64,000 nt of DNA, from the NCBI GenBank assembly GCA_051530055.1, contig CM121342.1, positions 6,678,864 to 6,742,863 on the forward strand, read 5' to 3'. The notes under the pieces are model-generated. The model saw only the letters and a list, made by a program, of their open reading frames with translations, did not search any database and had not been told where the DNA came from. This stretch comes from Neoechinorhynchus agilis (lineage: Eukaryota > Animalia > Acanthocephala). Below, one piece after another: positions 10,997 through 22,513 of this stretch. Every line of letters starts with the position of its first letter. Within the stretch, counting starts at the first letter, position 1. Made by a program: the position numbers and the translations under genes.

Positions 10997-11169
10997 TTCG
11001 AATCTTCAACCGTTAACTCCCATGGATAACCCCATCTTGAAACTTCTTCAAAAGCAAGCTTCTAAAGGCCATCGAAATAACTCTGAAGGCTTTCCTCGTT
11101 CTTAAATAGCTTTAACTAACAAAATACTTATAGCCCGCAAAAACTTTCCATTCTCCGAAATTCGTTCGG

Positions 11170-14100
11170 GTTGCAATTTAACACGGTGGCGTGCCGTCAA
11201 GGACCCTCGATGATCGGACTTGATGTTACTGATTCTTGTCGGCCACGTAAAAGAAGCAGCTCCGGCGGCCAGGCAGCCACTGATAGTAGCCTGTCAACGC
11301 GGGGTCGGTGTGCCGCTCCACTTGGTGATGCGGCAGCGAACAGGAGCAACAAAATCCACCAGTGCAACGGGAAAAAGCGAGGGTGTCGTAGCTCTCGCCG
11401 ACGACTTGAGCGTAGAAAATAGTGAAACTGTCGCCGAAGGCAACGAAAGCGTCAGTCGAAGCTCATCACCGTGGTGGGTACGGACTGTTCAGGCTGCGCT
11501 GAGAACCGTGAGCCCTTTGGCCCAGCTATTTCAAATAGAAGAGGACTACGAATCGGATCCTTGAATTGTAGGAGTTTGCGAGCGCAATGGCGTAGGGGAA
11601 CCCTGGCCAAATTGGCAAGGGACGCCAGAGTGGATCTTGCGTTTTTACAAGAATTGCGCATAAGAGGCCAGTCAGACACAGACGTAAATCAGGAGGATTT
11701 AGGAGGAAGCTGGTCATTATGTTACCTATCTGCGGACAGTCGAGGAAATGGAGGTGTAGGCATTTGTTTATAACCCCGCCTCCGAAACTCAGCACTATGC
11801 AGTATTATTACTGACCGAATCCTTCGTGTCAGCATAAAGCTTCGGTTGAGAAATCTCTATGCTTTTGACGTATATTCACCGACCTCCTCGTCGGATGAAG
11901 AGGCGGTTGAAGGATTTTATAGAAATCTAGCCGAAGCATTAGATGATGTACCGAACAGAGACACCCTCCTAATAGCCGGTCCGAAAGATCGCTATATGTG
12001 TTGAAAGGCGAGAATCGGAACAGCCGGTTGAGGCGCTGGAGCGGCATGATCTCGTGTCTGCTAACACTTTATTCCGGAAGCGTCCGTGGCGTTTTGCGAC
12101 GTTTATGGGTTAAAAGAATCCGTCCAAACATGCCATGGGAAAAAATCCCAAGAGACGCTTAGCTTGACCATATATTATTGAGACGTAAGGAAAAATGTCG
12201 GGTAAAAACGCTGACACATTCACAGTTGATGGGCTGCCAACCGACCACAAGTTGGTGATGTGTCAGTTGAGCATGAGTGACTCGTTGTTCCGTACGCCTC
12301 AACATCCTCCACGTCCGTTCTATGGCGCCCTCGCTAATGAGGAGAAGAGAAAAGAGTTCGATATCGAACTAGAGAGTCAACTGAGCTCTATGCCAGCTGC
12401 TGAAACGGATATTGATTTTTATTACAAGTCAATCTGCGACGCAGTGATAGAAGCGGCCGAGAAAACCCTCCGAAAAATAAGGCATATAAAAGCTGCAAAG
12501 GTTATATGGCAGGAGGACTGTGAATTTATGGCAATGGCTGAGCAGATCAAAACTCTAAGAAAAAGAGGAAAACGATCTGAGGCACGCATTGCAATTCTTG
12601 AACTTGCCAACCTCTATAATGAAAAGCAAAAGGCTTCGATAGAATATGCAGTTCGTGGGATCGCATATAAGAAAGGTTTTGTTCGTACCTCCTTAGCATG
12701 GAGAGCGATAAACACTCACAGGAAGATCCCAAAGGCAGCAAACTTTGATTGAAGGTCCCTCCCCGGAAATCAGAAAAAAGAGAATCGCAAATTATTTTGC
12801 GGAAATTCTCAATTCGCCATTATCGTCTTTGGAAGTGAGTCCTGCACTTCCAAAGGGCACAATAGTCCCAAGCACTGAGGTATACTTCACTGGACCGATT
12901 TCCGTGAAGGAAGCGATCGCTGCGGCGAAAATTATGCGTGCGGGACGTGCATCAGGCCCAGGTGGGATAAAGGCAAAAGTACTGAGGTTTGAATCTATTA
13001 CCAGAAAAATCATACCGATAATGAATGGCATAATGATTGGTGGCTCAGTACCTCAAATCTGGCAAAGGGCGCATTTAACAATGATCCTCAAGAAATGCTA
13101 CTCGACAAAGGTGGAGGACTACAGAGGTATATCCTTGATGTCCAACACGGCAAAACTTTTCAGCAGCATTTTGAGACGCCGAATTCAGCCAATCCTCGAA
13201 CCGTTTCTAAGAATTGAACAGAACGGCTTCAGGAAAGGTCGAGGCACCACAGAGCACATATTGGCTTTGAGGAGGATCCTCGAGGATGCACGAATTCATC
13301 AAACGAATGTGACGCTGGTATTTGTTGATTTCCGTCGAGCTTTCGATTTGGTAAATCGAACGATGATTGGCGGTATCTTAAAGGAGTATGGAGTGTCGCC
13401 AATCATTGTCACATCCGTTATGGCATTATATAAAAACACAAGGTCCGCCGTCAAGACAGCTGACGATTTGACAGAATACTTTTCCACCACTTCAGGTGTT
13501 TTGCAGGGCGACACATTGGCTCCTTCCTCTTCATCTTGGTGCTTGATTGGGTAATGATATAGGCACTACCGAATGATGAAGATGGATTTCTTCTGTTGAG
13601 GAAAAGGGGTCGCAAGTGTCCAGAGATACGCGCCTCCTACATGGCATATGCCGACGACATCGTATTGATGCCCTCAACAGTCGAAGAAGCTCAACGCATG
13701 CTAAATGGACTGTGCGAGAAAGCAATTAATATTGGTATGACCATCAACTCGAAAAAGACGGAATTCTTGACGATTCCGCAAGTCGCGCATACAGTCTCTG
13801 GCGAAGGGCCGAATGGCGTTGAGCAATTAAAACAGATAGAGCGGTATGTCTATCTGGGAGCTGTCGTTCCTGAGGTGAGTGCGGATGTTAGCCGACAGAG
13901 AGCTGTAGCTTGGAGAGCAATGGGGGAACCCCGTTCGCAGCTGTTCAGGGCTCTAATTGAGAGCATTCTCTACTACAATGCAGAGACCTGGACACGACAC
14001 TGTCACCAACGGCGACGAGGAAGTTGGACCAAAATCATTCATCTCTTTTACGTGCTGCGTTCAAGGTCGGATGGTCAGATAAAGTGACCAACAAAGCACT

Positions 14101-14310
14101 GTATAAGAGAGCCGGAGTCCAACCGCCCAGTGAATATTTGCGCCGCAGACGACTGCAGTTCACGGGCAATATAATTCGGTCCGAGGCATCTTGCCCACAG
14201 GTCGTGCAACAGTTCCTTTTCTGGAAGCCAACGAAATTGTATCGTAAAGGCAAAGGGAACTGTCGTACATACGATGACCTGATTTTAAGAGACGCGGTCG
14301 TGTATTTTAG
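11170..14310 (+). mobile_element. Near full-length degenerate RTE-like LINE (AP endonuclease + RT)
   Basis: APE motifs RIGSLNCRSL, LAFLQE, GNGGVG, LDHIL, TDHKLV. RT motifs DYRGISL, EQNGFRKGRGT, FVDFRRAFD, GVLQGDTLAP, AYADDI, YVYLG. Multiple frameshifts and stops; GC-richer than the flanks. Confidence 0.9.
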
Positions 14311-14399
14311 ATCCCTTGCGGAGTCTAATTCTATTTGACGGGCTTATACCTACGGTGCAACGTAGGAAAGTACCGTTGCATACAATACAAATTGGTCTA

Positions 14400-15130
14400 C
14401 GCAACGCTGACTCCTTCCCTAATTTGGCCTTTTCTGAATTAAAACTGGTTCTGGACTCTATCAATCAAAACCTCCGCCCGGGCTCAATTTACAATCGCTG
14501 AACCACATCAGACCCCACAAAATCTTAAAAGCCCAAATCTGAAACTTTTGTCAACTCGTCGGCACTCCCCTTAGTTTCGTCATACGAAGTACTACCGCAT
14601 CTCAAGAAATTACCTGGAAATTCGTCCTCTCAATTAGTAATCCCAAACTGGGCTCTTCCCTAAATCATCCTTGAATTCATAGACCCTTTAACCCTCATTA
14701 TAAACAACAGCTTTTAAATGGCATCTACCCCTCATGCCTGAAAACTGCTAAAGTTATCTCTCTTACAAAAGAACACATGCAATTTCCACCGAATCATTCC
14801 GTCCAATATCCATTCTACCCGCAGCTCTTTCAAAAATCATCGAAAAATGTTAAGTTTCCCTTTTTCCACTTCAACGACAATCTATCGCTTTTACAATTCG
14901 GCTTCCGGCCAAAATTGTCTGCAAGCGATCCTACGAAGCCTCGTTAATAATCCCTCTCACGTCACCCTTATCATTCAATTGGATTTATGGAAAGCATTTG
15001 ACTCCGTAGACCATTCACTCCTTCGAGCCTGCTCCGATTTTGATCTTAACTTGTGGCAGATCCGCTGGTTCGAATCTTATCTTCACAATCGCAAACAATA
15101 CATTAACCGCCGTTCTACCTCCGCTATCAG
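14400..15130 (+). mobile_element. L2/CR1/Jockey-type RT fragment
   Basis: Broken frames give CLKTAKVI, FRPISILP, QFGFRP, LDLWKAFDSVDH, WFESYLHNRKQY. Confidence 0.75.
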
Positions 15131-15290
15131 CTTCTTAATTTGGCAAAATTCATTTTCCCCGGCTCACCAAATGCCTTTATAAAATTTTGAAGAAACAATC
15201 AAAACGCCTATTAACCCTTCCGACAATTAGTGGCTGTAATTTCAGGATTACTGAATAGTTTGAAGAATCACTGGTTGATTATCACCGGCG

Positions 15291-15705
15291 CTCGCATTCA
15301 TTTATCGTTGGAATGCTTTTTATGCTCGTTATGGGAATGTACTTTTCCTGTACGATTTTTGTTGTGGAACAACATCTCGTATTTGTTCTAAACGCTCTAA
15401 TTAATTTCTATTTTGTGGATTTATCGTCAAATTTTCGCTGATACGTCCATTTAAGTAGCACTCCCAAGTGCGAAATTCTCTTTAGCATCCCCAAGATTTT
15501 CCCGGAATTAAGTACAGTTTTTAATCTTTAAATATTACTAATAAATTAGAGGCTATTTATTTTCCCAGAATGCGGCATAAATGTTGAGTCAAGAAATATG
15601 CCAAGTTGCATATCTCATTTTCTCTAGCAATGCAACTTTACAAAATTTTCTATCGACGGGTCAAAATATCTGTATAACTGACCATCACTTTTTGAGTTGT
15701 ATCTT
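15291..15705. repeat. ~415-bp segment duplicated in direct orientation at 16551-16965
   Basis: gctcgcattcattta...ggaatgc... through ...gggtcaaaatatctg...ccatcacttttt is present twice with scattered substitutions. Confidence 0.85.
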
Positions 15706-15711
15706 TACTTC

Positions 15712-16420
15712 CTATTTAAAATATTCTGAGTTCGGCGCAGCTAAATGATCAATAAAATTATAACTTAAATCCAATAGCTTCAGGTATCGTAGTTGGCTAA
15801 TAACATTTATACTTTCACTTGTGAGCATATTGTTCGATAAACGAAGTATTTCCAATAGCGATAATTGCCGTGGGAATTGGGCAGGAATTACTGATATATT
15901 GTTGAAACTCAAACTTAGTCGAAAAAGACTCATAAATTCTTTAAAAGCGTCTTCTTGAATCTTAACAATTCCAGCTCTCTTTATATTTAACTCTTTTACA
16001 CGTTTGAGTTTATAAAGTAAAGAATTGCTCAGTACTGACGATCTGTATGATTGTTCCGATTCATGAAGGATAGTTACCTTTACGACTTGGGGAAATAACA
16101 AAACAAAATATTGCGGAATATCTTCAAGATCGACATTATTAAATTCAAAATTTTCTTGATTTCGTTGAGCAGATCGTAATAAATTAATAATCGATTCGAT
16201 TCTCCCAACAGCATCATTTTCGTAGCATCGCACTCCAAGGTTTGAGATCGGCTTTTAGATCGTTATCTCGCATTTCGGTTCGTTTTCAAGCACAAGGAGC
16301 ATTGCGGTTGAACCACGGCGAAAAAGGGGGATAACTTGGATACATTTTTACATTTGCATGAGTAAAATAGGCGTGAGATACTGAAAGGATGAATGTATGA
16401 GCATTACATCGTTGTTTCTC
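15712..16420 (-). pseudogene. Inverted paralog of the LRR gene at 10045, truncated
   Basis: The ORF-track protein 15712-16233 is nearly identical to the 10045 protein (RCYEND..IPQYFVLLFP..LKLLDLSYN). The 5' and upstream homology is broken; the 3' end is fused to the 15291-15705 segment. Confidence 0.8.
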
Positions 16421-16550
16421 CGATGCGCGGAGAAAAATCCAAATTTAACTTCTTCAATCTCGGGCCCAAATAAATAATAATTTTCAGCCAAGAGCTATAA
16501 GGTAAAGTGCCGTCAATATAAAATCCGCTAATTTCTTATACACAAAAATC

Positions 16551-16965
16551 GCTCGCATTCATTTATTATTGGAATGCTTTTCTTGCTCGTTAAGGGAAAG
16601 TGTTTTTCCTGTGCGATTTTTGTTGTGTAATAACATCTCGCATTTGTTCTAAACGCTCTAATTAATTTCTATTTTGTGAATTTACCGTCAAGTATTTGCT
16701 GATACGTCCATTTAAGCAGCGCTCCCAATAACGAAATTCCCTTAAGGATTCCTAGGATTTTCCGGAATTAAGTACAGTTTTTAATCTTTAAATATTACTA
16801 ATAAATTAGAGGCTATTTATTTTCTTAGTATGCGGCGTAAAGGTTGAGTCAAAGAATAAGCAAAGTTGAATGTCTTATTTTCTCCAACAATACAACTTTA
16901 CAAAATTTTCTATCCACGGGTCAAAATATCTGAATAACTTACCATCACTTTTTGAATTGCTTCTT
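16551..16965. repeat. Second copy of 15291-15705 segment
   Basis: Direct sequence match. Confidence 0.85.
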
Positions 16966-17049
16966 TGCTTCTTATTTACAAAGCCCTTTGGCCAAAGGGG
17001 AGAACCGGACATTGTGAAAGACACCAACAAGCAACTTTTTGTGAAGATT

Positions 17050-17460
17050 GTAAAAATATTAAAGGATTTGCTGTAAACACGCGCTCTAACCAAGAAAGAA
17101 TTTAAAATATATCGAAAAAGTTATTGACGGAGAAATGTTTAAATTAAAATCTGATCGCTTCCGATACCATAATCTTGTGTATTGTCCAAAACAACAAGAA
17201 TATTAAAGTATTTCGTGTAAATACGCGCTTTAACTAAGAAAGAATTTGAAATATATCGAAAAAGTTTTTTGCAAAGAAATTAATTAAAAAATTAAATGTA
17301 ATTCTTTCCGATGCGGTTGTTTTGTGTGCATGAGGGAACAAAAATATTAAAGTATTTGGTGTAAATACGCGCTTTAACCAAGAAAGAAATTTAAATACAG
17401 CCACTAAAATTTCTTTTGGCAGAAAATTTTAATAAAAAAATTAAATGTGATTTATTTTGA
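17050..17460. repeat. Diverged tandem repeat, 144-bp unit, about 3 copies
   Basis: gtaaa(c/t)acgcgct(c/t)taac(c/t)aagaaagaa at 17073, 17217 and 17361. Confidence 0.8.
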
Positions 17461-17506
17461 TGCTAGTTTTTTTTTGTAAAGTTATAATAGTGCACATTAT
17501 GAAATT

Positions 17507-17597
17507 TTCTCGACAATTAACACACTCACCACCTCCCTCCGAATTCCAGCTTTTGTCCTTCCTCGACCGTAGCCATCACGCTGGCAGCATTGCCCAC
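17507..17597 (-). mobile_element. Extreme 3' fragment of CRE family B
   Basis: The reverse complement gggcaatgctgccagcgtgatggc...ggaggtggtgagtgtgttaattgtcgagaaa matches 57606-57694. Confidence 0.85.
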
Positions 17598-18805
17598 CCG
17601 CGGTTCGTTGCTACATCCAAACGTGACCGAGTGTGCATGCTGTTTATATTGTCTCCGTTTTAGATAGCGACCGAAGGGGCGATGAAAACCTTGTGAAATA
17701 TTTCTCGAATAAATGAGTATCGATAACACTGGGGACAGGATTCGCCAACGTACAATCAAATTTACCCCGAGGACAATGATATATCTCATTAAAAAATTGT
17801 CATATCCGATCGTTTCAGACACCATATTATTGTATGCATCCGAGAACAATCGGATTTTATTTTATTCTTTTTATACGCCTTAAACACGAGCATGAATAAT
17901 TTTGATATTCAAACGTTCGAGCTCAGCCGGTAGTCTGTGGAATAATAAAATATATATATAAAAATGTGCTTTATTTTTCTTGACAAATTTTGAGAAAGTG
18001 TCGGAATTTTCCGAGAGGTGAAATATCGCAGAAATAAATTAGTGAATTTTTGATTGCGAAGAAGTGGCAAAACTACCAAAAAAGAATTTTTTTAGTATTT
18101 TCCGCAATATTTTTTTGTCCGGTGACAATTTTAATCTATTCTGATCGCATTTTTTTGTCTTTTCAATTAAAAACTTGAGATCGGTGTTTGGGTGAACGTT
18201 TTGGAGTCGAAACTTTGTTGAAGATATGTAAATTATTATGGAAAGATGCTCTGAAGCAAAACGATGGTTTAAGTTGACCGTTTTTGAGCTTTACCTTGGC
18301 CCAAGCTATATATTTAGTTAAAGATAAAATCCATGAGTATGTGGCGGTGGGGAAAAATTATATCAAAGAATGACTTTAATTGAAATATTTCGTCCAATCA
18401 CACTGGACTTCTGCAGTCAATTATTGTTTCGCAAGTGTTTACGACAGATCGTAAGGCTAAAAAGATTTTTTAGCATTCAATTAATTGCAAGGAATGCAGG
18501 AGCGGAAATTTGAACGTTCGAAATTATAAATTAATTGGAATTATCAAGAATCACTTAAAACTTAGCAGGTACAAACAAATGATTTTATATTGAGGATTGT
18601 ATTCGGGGATTTTGTCTAAAATCAGCTATGAGAAGGCATTTGGTTTTTTTATCCTAAAATTTTCAAATTTTTTACATCGTACTTCAGCCACATACTCTAA
18701 TATTTTTAGCTCTGAATAATTTGTCTAACTAAAAATAATCAAAGGCCACAAAATTTCGAACGCATTTGTGTTAAAAACTCATTTTATTTGTGTTTGCGAT
18801 TAAAT

Positions 18806-19174
18806 TCAATCACTGTCATCATCACTCATTTGGTCTATTATCATTTTAATACCACGGTCCATATCCCCATCTCCCATTACAGTCAAATCGTCAATAACCT
18901 CTTCTGGAACCATCATAAAATCAAGTTCAATCTGTTTGCTTTCGCAATCATCATGTTTTTCAATATTAATAGGTTCAGTATTATTGTTCGAATTCGCCAA
19001 TTTTATGAATTCATCACACCTATTGAAAAGATTGGATAAGTCTTTATCTTCCCGTACCATTTTTTTCCGTTTTTCTTCATAAAGCATCTTGCCAACAATT
19101 TGTTTTCCTTTATTCTCACTTGAACTCTTCGCTAGCTTTTGAATGTTCTGTTTGTTGATTATCGAATCATCCAT
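18806..19174 (-). CDS. Orphan protein (~122 aa) with basic middle and acidic C-terminus
   Basis: ATG at 19174 (MDDSIINKQ...), stop-free to ...QMSDDDSD*, protein-like composition. No family recognised. Confidence 0.5.
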   Translation of the reverse strand: MDDSIINKQNIQKLAKSSSENKGKQIVGKMLYEEKRKKMVREDKDLSNLFNRCDEFIKLANSNNNTEPINIEKHDDCESKQIELDFMMVPEEVIDDLTVMGDGDMDRGIKMIIDQMSDDDSD

Positions 19175-19273
19175 TGTGTATCTATAAATTTGACACGTTT
19201 TTTTTATTGCAATCAATGACTTCAATTAATCTAAAGACCGCATTCCACGACTAACAAAAATTTTTGTTTTTTG

Positions 19274-19431
19274 TGGCGTAGAAATTAAAACGATTTTATT
19301 TTTTAAATCCGATATCTCGGCACAATCTTGTACGCGTTTATCATGGTTGTTTGCAAGTTTTTTCAATAGGCACAAGATTGTGTGCTGAAATATCGGATTT
19401 TAAAAATAAAATCATTTTAATTTCTACGCCA
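19274..19431. mobile_element. Foldback/MITE-like element, ~58-bp inverted arms
   Basis: tggcgtagaaattaaaa...ccgatatctcggcacaatcttgt and acaagattgtg...atatcggatt...ttttaatttctacgcca. Arms resemble those of 59685-59890. Confidence 0.8.
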
Positions 19432-19491
19432 GAAAACAACCCATATGAATAATTCAATGTTCAAACGAACAAAAAATGTTATAACCACATA

Positions 19492-19850
19492 CAGCAACAT
19501 CCGCTACTCCCTCGAAATCGCCGGTGGTGCCGCCAGTGCAGCGGAAGGGAGGAAAATACGGAAATATATTCAGTTATCGAGGGTTCACTATTTTGTCCCC
19601 TTTGGGGTAGAGACGTATGGAGCGCTTGGCAGCTCGGCACTCTCTCTGCTCCAGGATCTCTCGAAGAAATTGAGAGAGGCAACCGGAGACTCAAGAGCAG
19701 GCTTATTCCTTCGACAAAATATCTCGCTAGCAGTACAACGGGGCAATGCTGCCAGCGTAATGGCGACGGTCGAGGAAGGACAAAAGCTGGAATTCGGCGG
19801 GAGGTGGTGAGTGTGTTAATTGTCGAGAAATGAAGATTGATTGAATACAT
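19492..19850 (+). mobile_element. 5'-truncated CRE family B copy (3' 360 bp)
   Basis: Nearly identical to 57355-57714: KIRKY, FVPFGVETYG, LAVQRGNA, and the same 3' end gattgattgaatacat. Confidence 0.92.
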
Positions 19851-21129
19851 TTGTAAACATAATAAAAAGTCAGAGCTAAATTTAAATACGGTTCTAAATA
19901 GTTCTCATATTTTTTAAAGAGATCTTCAAATACGTATCAGGGCTATCGATCTTGAACGAACAAAGTTTTAGTTGTAGGAGATGTTAATTACTCGTTATTT
20001 TATCCACTGAAAGATTACGGCTGGTCTCATGAATAATTATAACTTTAGAAGTGCATATAAATAATCTGATTGGCTGCTCGAGTTTGTTATACTAACGAGA
20101 ACATTTCCGCTATTTCAAACCAACGATATGGTTATTGTACAAAAAGCCTTAATCTGACAATGGACCAAAATGATGTGCTAATTTTTTATAATATTCAATT
20201 TTTGTCCGTATTTGCGCATATCATTCGTGCAATATTCAAAAAACGTTTATTGTTAACATTTAAATGAAGATTTTCAGCTAAACGACCGAGTACTTTGTCC
20301 TTGAGTGTTTCAAACTGCGTTAAACGACTAAAACATTCTCGCTGCCAATTAAAAGCATAAATTTATCAAGAAAAACTCAAATCTTCACTGTATGACAAAA
20401 AATGTACAACGTAGGAGTCATGTCCCTTCGAGTCAGCCGATTTACAAGCTATTTTTATCAAAGAATCAGTGATTCAGAAAAGGAATGATGGATGCATCGA
20501 TGTCTCATCGTTTCCATCGGAACTTTAAGCGTTCGAAACGGTAAACTTTTAAATTGTCAATTAAATTATTTTAGTCGGTGGCTATCAAATTACCTCCACA
20601 AAACATAAAATGAAGGAATTTTCAAAGTTATCTAAAAAGATTTCGATGATTCTGCAGACGAAAATGTTCAGAATTGAAAGAATTTTTGGAGGATTTAAAA
20701 CTTTTCTGTTGTCTGATCCGAATAATAAAATTCAACGGCTTAAGACAAAAGAAATTAAAATGCAAATGTTTCATAATCTAAAGCCACAAAATAATTATTG
20801 CATTTATAGGGCGATGGCTATCAACTGAAGGAATCTTAAAAATTATTAAAAGAAATTTCGACGATACTACAGTCGAAAATGTTCAGAATTGCCAGAGGGA
20901 TCGATTGATCTTTAAAAAAAATTCTTAATTACATTATTCAAAAAATGTAAGAACATAACACAAAATCAATTCTACATTTTCGAAATAAAATCTACACTGG
21001 CCGATTTTTCAGTAAACCGCATTTTTCCTCAAATATTCAAGCAAATTTTTTCAAGCACGATTGTTTCTGGATCACACAGCTGCCTTTCCTTAGGAGGAAT
21101 TCTTCGTCAGTGATTCTTCTCAATATTTT

Positions 21130-21225
21130 GGACAATTGATTCGTGAAAGGCCGCCGTACAGAACGACTTGAATGTCTCGACGCCAAATGAAACGAAATAA
21201 TGATTTCGACCGAGGTCGCGATATC
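21130..21225 (-). mobile_element. Highly decayed CRE endonuclease remnant
   Basis: Minus strand reads RNHYFVSFGVETF (cf. HYFVPFGVETYG). Confidence 0.5.
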
Positions 21226-21979
21226 ATAGACTGCTCCCCTTCCCCGTCAAAACATTCTTTCTCACCTGAGCTAAAATCTCATAGTTTCGGACGCTGGTTT
21301 AAACGCTCGCGTGCGTAAAACTTTAGCATTTAAGTGCGAATAAAACACTTCAACAATCGCTGAAGAAGATCCGAGATAGTTGATCGAAATATCCAATAAA
21401 ATCTTAATTTCATTTATCTCTCCTATCAACAAATAACAATGAATTATCTTTTCAACATTTGTAACCGAGGTGACGCTTCACCCTTTGCGCTACTGCTCCA
21501 CGGAGGTTATTTGTCGGAAGGACAAGAGCGATGTTGCTCTTGTTGCCTTCCATTGTCCTCTCCGCGTTGATGAGAAGAACTTCCTTGATCAGAGCCTTCT
21601 TTGGAGCCCGTTTTCCACCATTTTCACCTTCGCTCCTCCGAAGTCCATTGTGTGGTGATGCCAACCAGCTTTTTTGTTAGACCATTTTTATTATATTTTA
21701 TCTTCTAAACTTGCAGACAAAGAAATTTAATTCTAATTTTCGAAAATTAATCTTCTATATTCGTACGTTTCTCTAATCAACACACAAATGGACATTTCCT
21801 TGACTATTGCCATCTTTTTGCTTGGTTAGTTACTTTGTTTTTGAATTCAACGAGCAAACAATCGTGTTTTTATTTTCTGGCTGTTACTTGATCAGTATAA
21901 ATGGAACAATGTTTCATTTTGAACTATGATTGAACATTCGGAATGTTAGCCTCACAAAAATCTCTAATCTTTAACATTT

Positions 21980-22260
21980 TAGTGTCGATTTATTCACACT
22001 ATCGATGCTTTATTATTTAAAAATCACAGTCTTGTCCGTACTTTTGGGAAACGTCTTGCAAATTAGATGATTTTGAGAAGACGATTGATTTTATTTGAAA
22101 TGTTGAGCAACATAAGTCTTTTAAGGTGAACCAAAGAAGTTTCAGAATATTGCTTTTTGGTCACGAAATGAATTCACAATTCCGTTAACTTTTTAACCGA
22201 TTGTGGCTGAGTTTTAGTGCTAACAATCCGGTCTTCCATCGAGTGCCCCCGAATTCATCG
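21980..22260 (-). pseudogene. Possible decayed LRR remnant
   Basis: Minus-strand frames contain LLALKLSHNRLK and LVHLKRLMLLNISN with stops between them. Confidence 0.25.
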
Positions 22261-22513
22261 TTCAAATTGGATTAAATTTAATACTGCGATATGTTAAATT
22301 TGAAAACTGCTCGAGATCCCTTATTTTGAACCATGAAATTTTATTTACGAATCTGTCACTTGCCAATACCTGCAAGTCAATAAAATTACTTTGCTGCAAG
22401 CGGTCATATTTGTCAAAATCACGCAGTCTTTTCTTGATCAATTTGGTTAACGTAGCTTTTAAAAAAATCTAGACATTATGCAAACAATAAACCTTTTTTT
22501 GAAGATGATTCGA

